Below are positions 60,753 through 64,000 of a DNA stretch of 64,000 nucleotides, piece after piece. Below the pieces are notes generated by a model that was given only the letters and a program-made list of their open reading frames with translations, had not been told where the DNA came from and ran no database searches. Origin of the DNA: Sphaerodactylus townsendi (lineage: Eukaryota); assembly GCF_021028975.2 (NCBI RefSeq), contig NC_059429.1:78616001-78680000 (forward strand). Direction: 5' to 3'. The translations under genes and the position numbers were made by a program. The stretch's first letter is position 1. The number at the start of each line of letters is the position of its first letter.

Positions 60753-63700
60753 GGGCGTTTTCGCACACTTTTTATTCCAGAATAAAAGCGAACCGCATTG
60801 ATTCCTTGCCTTTTGGCTCTTAGTTTAAATTAAGCTCGATGGCATTTGCACACATGGCCCTGTAGTCCGCGCATCTTCCGCTTGCCAGCGAGTCCCGTGT
60901 TTTTGCACCATCACAGGAATCGCAGTGCAAATGGCGAATCTGATTGGCTGGCGCGCAGTCCGGGGGGGGAGGTCCGGGAGTGGGCTAAGCGTTCCTTAAA
61001 ATCACCCGTGAGGGCGTTGCCTCGTTATTGTCCGCGTGAAGGGGCGTGGCGATGAAGCGGATAGAAGCCCCTGATTGGCCGCCGTTAGCTCGATACGTCT
61101 CGCGTTGGTGGGGACGTGATCACCATTAAGCCATTTCATATCGTAATACTCCGGTTCTCAGCGTTGCCAAGGAGGCAAGGTATTGCTGCCTCACCAGTTG
61201 TGCCTTGCTTTGGCTACAGGGCTTTGCTTTGTGTGCCTAAAATCAGATGGAAAAGCCATCGGCTTCGCAATGCCTCCTGGAACAGAGGAGACAGAGCTGC
61301 TTCTTCTGGTTGTAGCGCTGCTGTGTGCCACTGGAAACGAGAATTACGTCTGCGGCGCAAGCCTTCATGCACGCGCATGGCTGTGCATGATAGTTCACCG
61401 CAGACTTCTGCACTATCGCCCGATCCCGGTGGTAGCAGAAGTCTTTCGCCGCTGGGTTGCCTTGGCAGCCGCCCCAACGCCGCCCCGCTTCTGGAATTAT
61501 TACCAGCACCGTAGCAGGGACTGGTGGTATAACTGCGTGTGGTCATCATGGAGCGATGAGGAATGGATGAAGAACTTCCGCATGAGCAGAAGAAACGTTC
61601 CAGAGGATCGTGGACAGCCTAACACCAGCATTGAGTAAGACACCTGCGCTATCTTGGTGGCGTTGCCCGTGGAGATGCGCAGTGGGGATGGCACCGTGGT
61701 ATCTGGCCAGTCCCAGCGCTCCTTCAGGGAGGAATGCGGCAGCAGTTTGGAATTAGGCACCACCACGGCTTTCGAGGCTGTCCATGAATTCTGTGAAGCC
61801 GGGAGGAACAACCTGATCAAGAGGGTTTTCCGGTTTCTTGGATCCAGTGGAGAAAGGTAGGCTGACAGTGGATTTTGATAATAGTGCTTTACCAGTCGTT
61901 CACACTCTCACTTTTGGAGTGCGTGTCTCTTAGGTCTACCAATTGGGCCTGAGGTACAGGTTAAATTTTCTGGAGTTTGATTAGACAAAAGGCGGGCAGT
62001 AAAGGACACCTGTTCACCTTGCTTTATTTTGTTAGGAAATGGTTGGGGGGGGAGTACGAAGGGCAGGCGACTCCGGTAGTGGGTAAGAGCTTCAACAACG
62101 TCATCGGGGATCGCGTCTTTCTGCGAGGTTCCGAGCCCAGAGCGGACCGTCCAGGAATTGTGGGTATGCATATCTAATTTTGGAAGAAAAAGGGAGCTGT
62201 GGGGTGCGCTCAGGTCAGAGAGGGCAAAAAAGTTAAACATTCTGGGGTCTGTCTTTGGGAGGAAGGGCTGGGGAGGGTTCCACCCTGGGGCAGATATACT
62301 CACCGTGATCGCAGGGGTTGATGCAGATATGGCGTTAAGAATTTGTTGTCGCATTTGAGTATCTTGGGGAAATGCCGCCCTCCGAAACCACTCCTTAAGG
62401 GGCGGTTTCGGCTAAGCGCCTGGCATTGCACACTGTATTGATACAGCTGCCAGGCACTGGGCAACCACAACCCAGGCAGGTTTATGTGTGAATTTGGTGC
62501 GGCAGCATCTTTTTAAACTGGGGCCTGTCCTGGCAGTGCTGCGGTACCAGGACCGGCCCAGATTTTAATCCAGGGAGGGCCATTCAGCCAATTGGCCCTC
62601 CCGCCTTTTCTGTTTTAAAAATAGAGAAGAGAGGAAATGAAGAAACTTCAGAGCAGGATCTCTGCTGAGGAGAGTGGCGCCCATAGCAAGGGGCATGCTC
62701 GCTGAGTCGTCCCATAGCACACTCATGTGCCTCACGCTGCCGCTCTTCAGAGACACAGAGCAATGGCGCCATGAAACTAACTGTCTGTTTTTTCCAAACA
62801 ACCTCCAGGTTATGCGTGGATTTGCCAAAATAGGCTTCCCACAGTGCGTCGGAGCAATTGATGGGTGCCACATACAGATTCTAAACCCATCGGACGCCCC
62901 TGCGGACTACATCAACAGGAAGAGGGTGGCCTCAATTGTTCTTATGGCTGTTTGTGATGACAAAGGACGCTTCTTTGAGGTGGACATTGGTCACCCCGGT
63001 AGAAGCCACGACGCGCACATTTTCAGGAAGTTTGCCATTTCCCACAGGCCATGGACAGGGGTGCCTTCTTCCCAGATTAACCCTGTATTGTCCATTCACA
63101 GCGTGGCTGTCCCACCGTTGATTTTTTGGCCGGATAAGCATTCCCCAAGCGGAGGTGGCATGTAAAGCCATTCCTTCATCCGCCTTAGCTACGCGATAGA
63201 GCGCCCTATACAACAGAAGAATGAGCAGGGCCAGATGTGTTGTGGGAGGCGTGCCTTTAGGCGATTGAAGGGGAGGGTGGAAGTGCCCTGTGGCACAAGT
63301 TGCCCATAAAGGGGTGGGAGAGGGTTAATTCCCTGGTTGCCACTTGTGTTGTTCTACACACAACCTATATCTGGCGGAAGATCAAGGACTCTCCGGAGAG
63401 TGAATGGTAGGGCTGGCCCCCTGCTAACTCTCAGATGGAAGAGCATGGCCATCATGTGATGAGCAAGAATTGAGAAGTCCCTACTCTGAGGATCAGCATC
63501 TGGCAAGGGGAGAGAGGCGGTGAGGAATGCCCTGGCCACCTACCTCTACTACAACCGCCCTGTGCAGCAATAGTCTCCTCGTTGAATGGGCATCCGTTCG
63601 TATCTGCGTACCACTGGTGTGTAATGCTGAGGTGCAAATATTAGTATTTGTTTTGCCATAATAAGGAAATTTTTTTACTGATAAACCAAACTTACACGCC

Positions 63701-64000
63701 TGCGGTCTCTCAATTCTACCGCACATCTCCCCCACCTCTCCGCTCACACTGGGAGAGAGCATCCAGGTGAACCACACCTTTCAATTTATAAAGGAATTAT
63801 CTCATGAGTTGATTAGGTAGAGACGCGGTGCAACCTTTGGGAGCCATTAATGAATCTGATGCGGTGGTTTGTGCAGGCGGGGGGGGGGGCAATATCTCCT
63901 GGAATTCAATGCTCCCTGCCAAAGCTCCACGATGGGATCATGACAGCCCTGACCTATAAACGCGGGCGGGAAATTGTATTATTAATAGTTATGTCTGGGA
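60753..64000 (+). mobile_element. Decayed PIF/Harbinger DNA transposon with intron-containing HARBI1-like transposase; runs off the window
   Basis: Left end GGGCGTTTTCGCACAC. N-terminal RSRDWW...WSDEEWMKNFRMSR (~61510-61590). DDE core GFPQCVGAIDGCHI...YINRK...SIVLMAVCD...GHPGRSHDAHIFR (62810-63030). Putative intron from AAG|GTAGGC (~61857) to CTCCAG| (~62808). Several frameshifts. Confidence 0.85.

Noticed and set aside
62674-63165. Domesticated host gene HARBI1
   Set aside because: Frameshifted, divergent and preceded by a TIR-like end; better explained as a transposon copy.

Overview
Vertebrate genomic DNA, very probably a squamate reptile (gecko-like repeat content: Squam3/Sauria-type tRNA SINE, 5S-derived SINEs, L2, RTE, CR1, hAT and Harbinger MITEs). 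I assembled the genes by hand from splice sites. In order they are: ELAPOR1/KIAA1324 coding exon 1 (-) and CFAP276/C1orf194 (+, 5 exons, 172 aa), which share a CpG-island bidirectional promoter; the independently transcribed U2-guide scaRNA2 (-) with its ZNF143/Ets/CRE promoter; TMEM167B (-, 3 exons, 74 aa); a FAM107-family gene (+; 3 firm and 2 probable exons, ~154 aa, predicted N-myristoylated) at a position where human has no FAM107 gene; a single-exon GPR25-like GPCR (+); and a decayed intron-containing PIF/Harbinger transposase element running off the right edge. Intron 1 of CFAP276 holds a ~4.5 kb AT-rich array of ~167-bp monomers with telomere-like TAACCC motifs. The monomers are arranged in alternating inverted blocks and interrupted by a hAT-type insertion. 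The best leads are the putative third FAM107 paralogue at an apparent synteny breakpoint (TMEM167B next to GPR25), the foldback telomere-motif satellite, and a decayed antisense large-exon gene relic. Most ORFs in the supplied track are spurious. Gene identities rest on recalled protein similarity and were not database-checked.
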